From Candidatus Campbellbacteria bacterium (GTDB taxonomy: Bacteria; Patescibacteriota; Minisyncoccia; Phycocordibacterales; UBA1006), in NCBI GenBank assembly GCA_002698305.1, contig NZWR01000005.1, positions 66,047 to 130,046 of the forward strand: a stretch of DNA of 64,000 nucleotides, given 5' to 3'. The notes under the pieces were generated by a model. That model was not told where the DNA came from. It saw only the letters and a list, made by a program, of their open reading frames with translations, and did not search any database. Each line of letters begins with the position of its first letter. The first letter of the stretch is position 1. Both the position numbers and the translations under genes were made by a program. Shown in pieces: positions 63,986 to 64,000 of the stretch.

Positions 63986-64000
63986 TAAGAGTTGATACCT

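Noticed and set aside
1-64000. CRISPR arrays, rRNA genes, transposase/IS elements, large tandem repeats.
   Set aside because: None were seen on reading the window. The only long exact repeat noticed is the 51-bp att pair. A computational repeat scan could still reveal shorter or diverged repeats.

Overview
AT-rich, gene-dense bacterial chromosome segment using the standard genetic code. It has about 65 protein genes, 3 intact tRNAs and no rRNA or CRISPR array. The content is mostly housekeeping. Cell-wall and division genes are scattered in several blocks: murG-ftsW-mraY, murF, murD-murC, murE, mreB, murA and ftsA-ftsZ. Translation genes include gltX, aspS, trpS, gatB, rplI, rpsU, frr, engB and obg. 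DNA-metabolism genes include nth, a uvrC-like gene, a priA-like gene, holB, scpAB and rmuC. Many proteins are domain-reduced: a GAD-less AspRS, a short UvrC, a short MetK, a GlmU N-domain only, a Walker-A-less PriA and an Fe-S-less Nth. By inference this fits a streamlined Patescibacteria/CPR-like genome. Two cis-regulatory RNAs are visible: a T-box leader upstream of aspS and a SAM-I riboswitch upstream of metK. The most interesting region is a 3.2-kb element integrated into tRNA-Ala(UGC) at 25040..28270. It is bounded by a perfect 51-bp direct repeat and carries a tyrosine integrase, a 299-aa retron/UG-like reverse transcriptase and one orphan ORF. A consensus promoter and a ~215-nt structured non-coding region closed by a 12-bp long-range helix lie just upstream of the RT. 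Second-tier observations are an XRE-HTH::MurA fusion preceded by a perfect 26-bp palindrome, and a small island next to tRNA-Glu carrying a single-chain nuclease-methyltransferase RM enzyme plus a NYN-domain protein. All calls come from reading the sequence and the ORF translations by eye. No database search or folding program was run.
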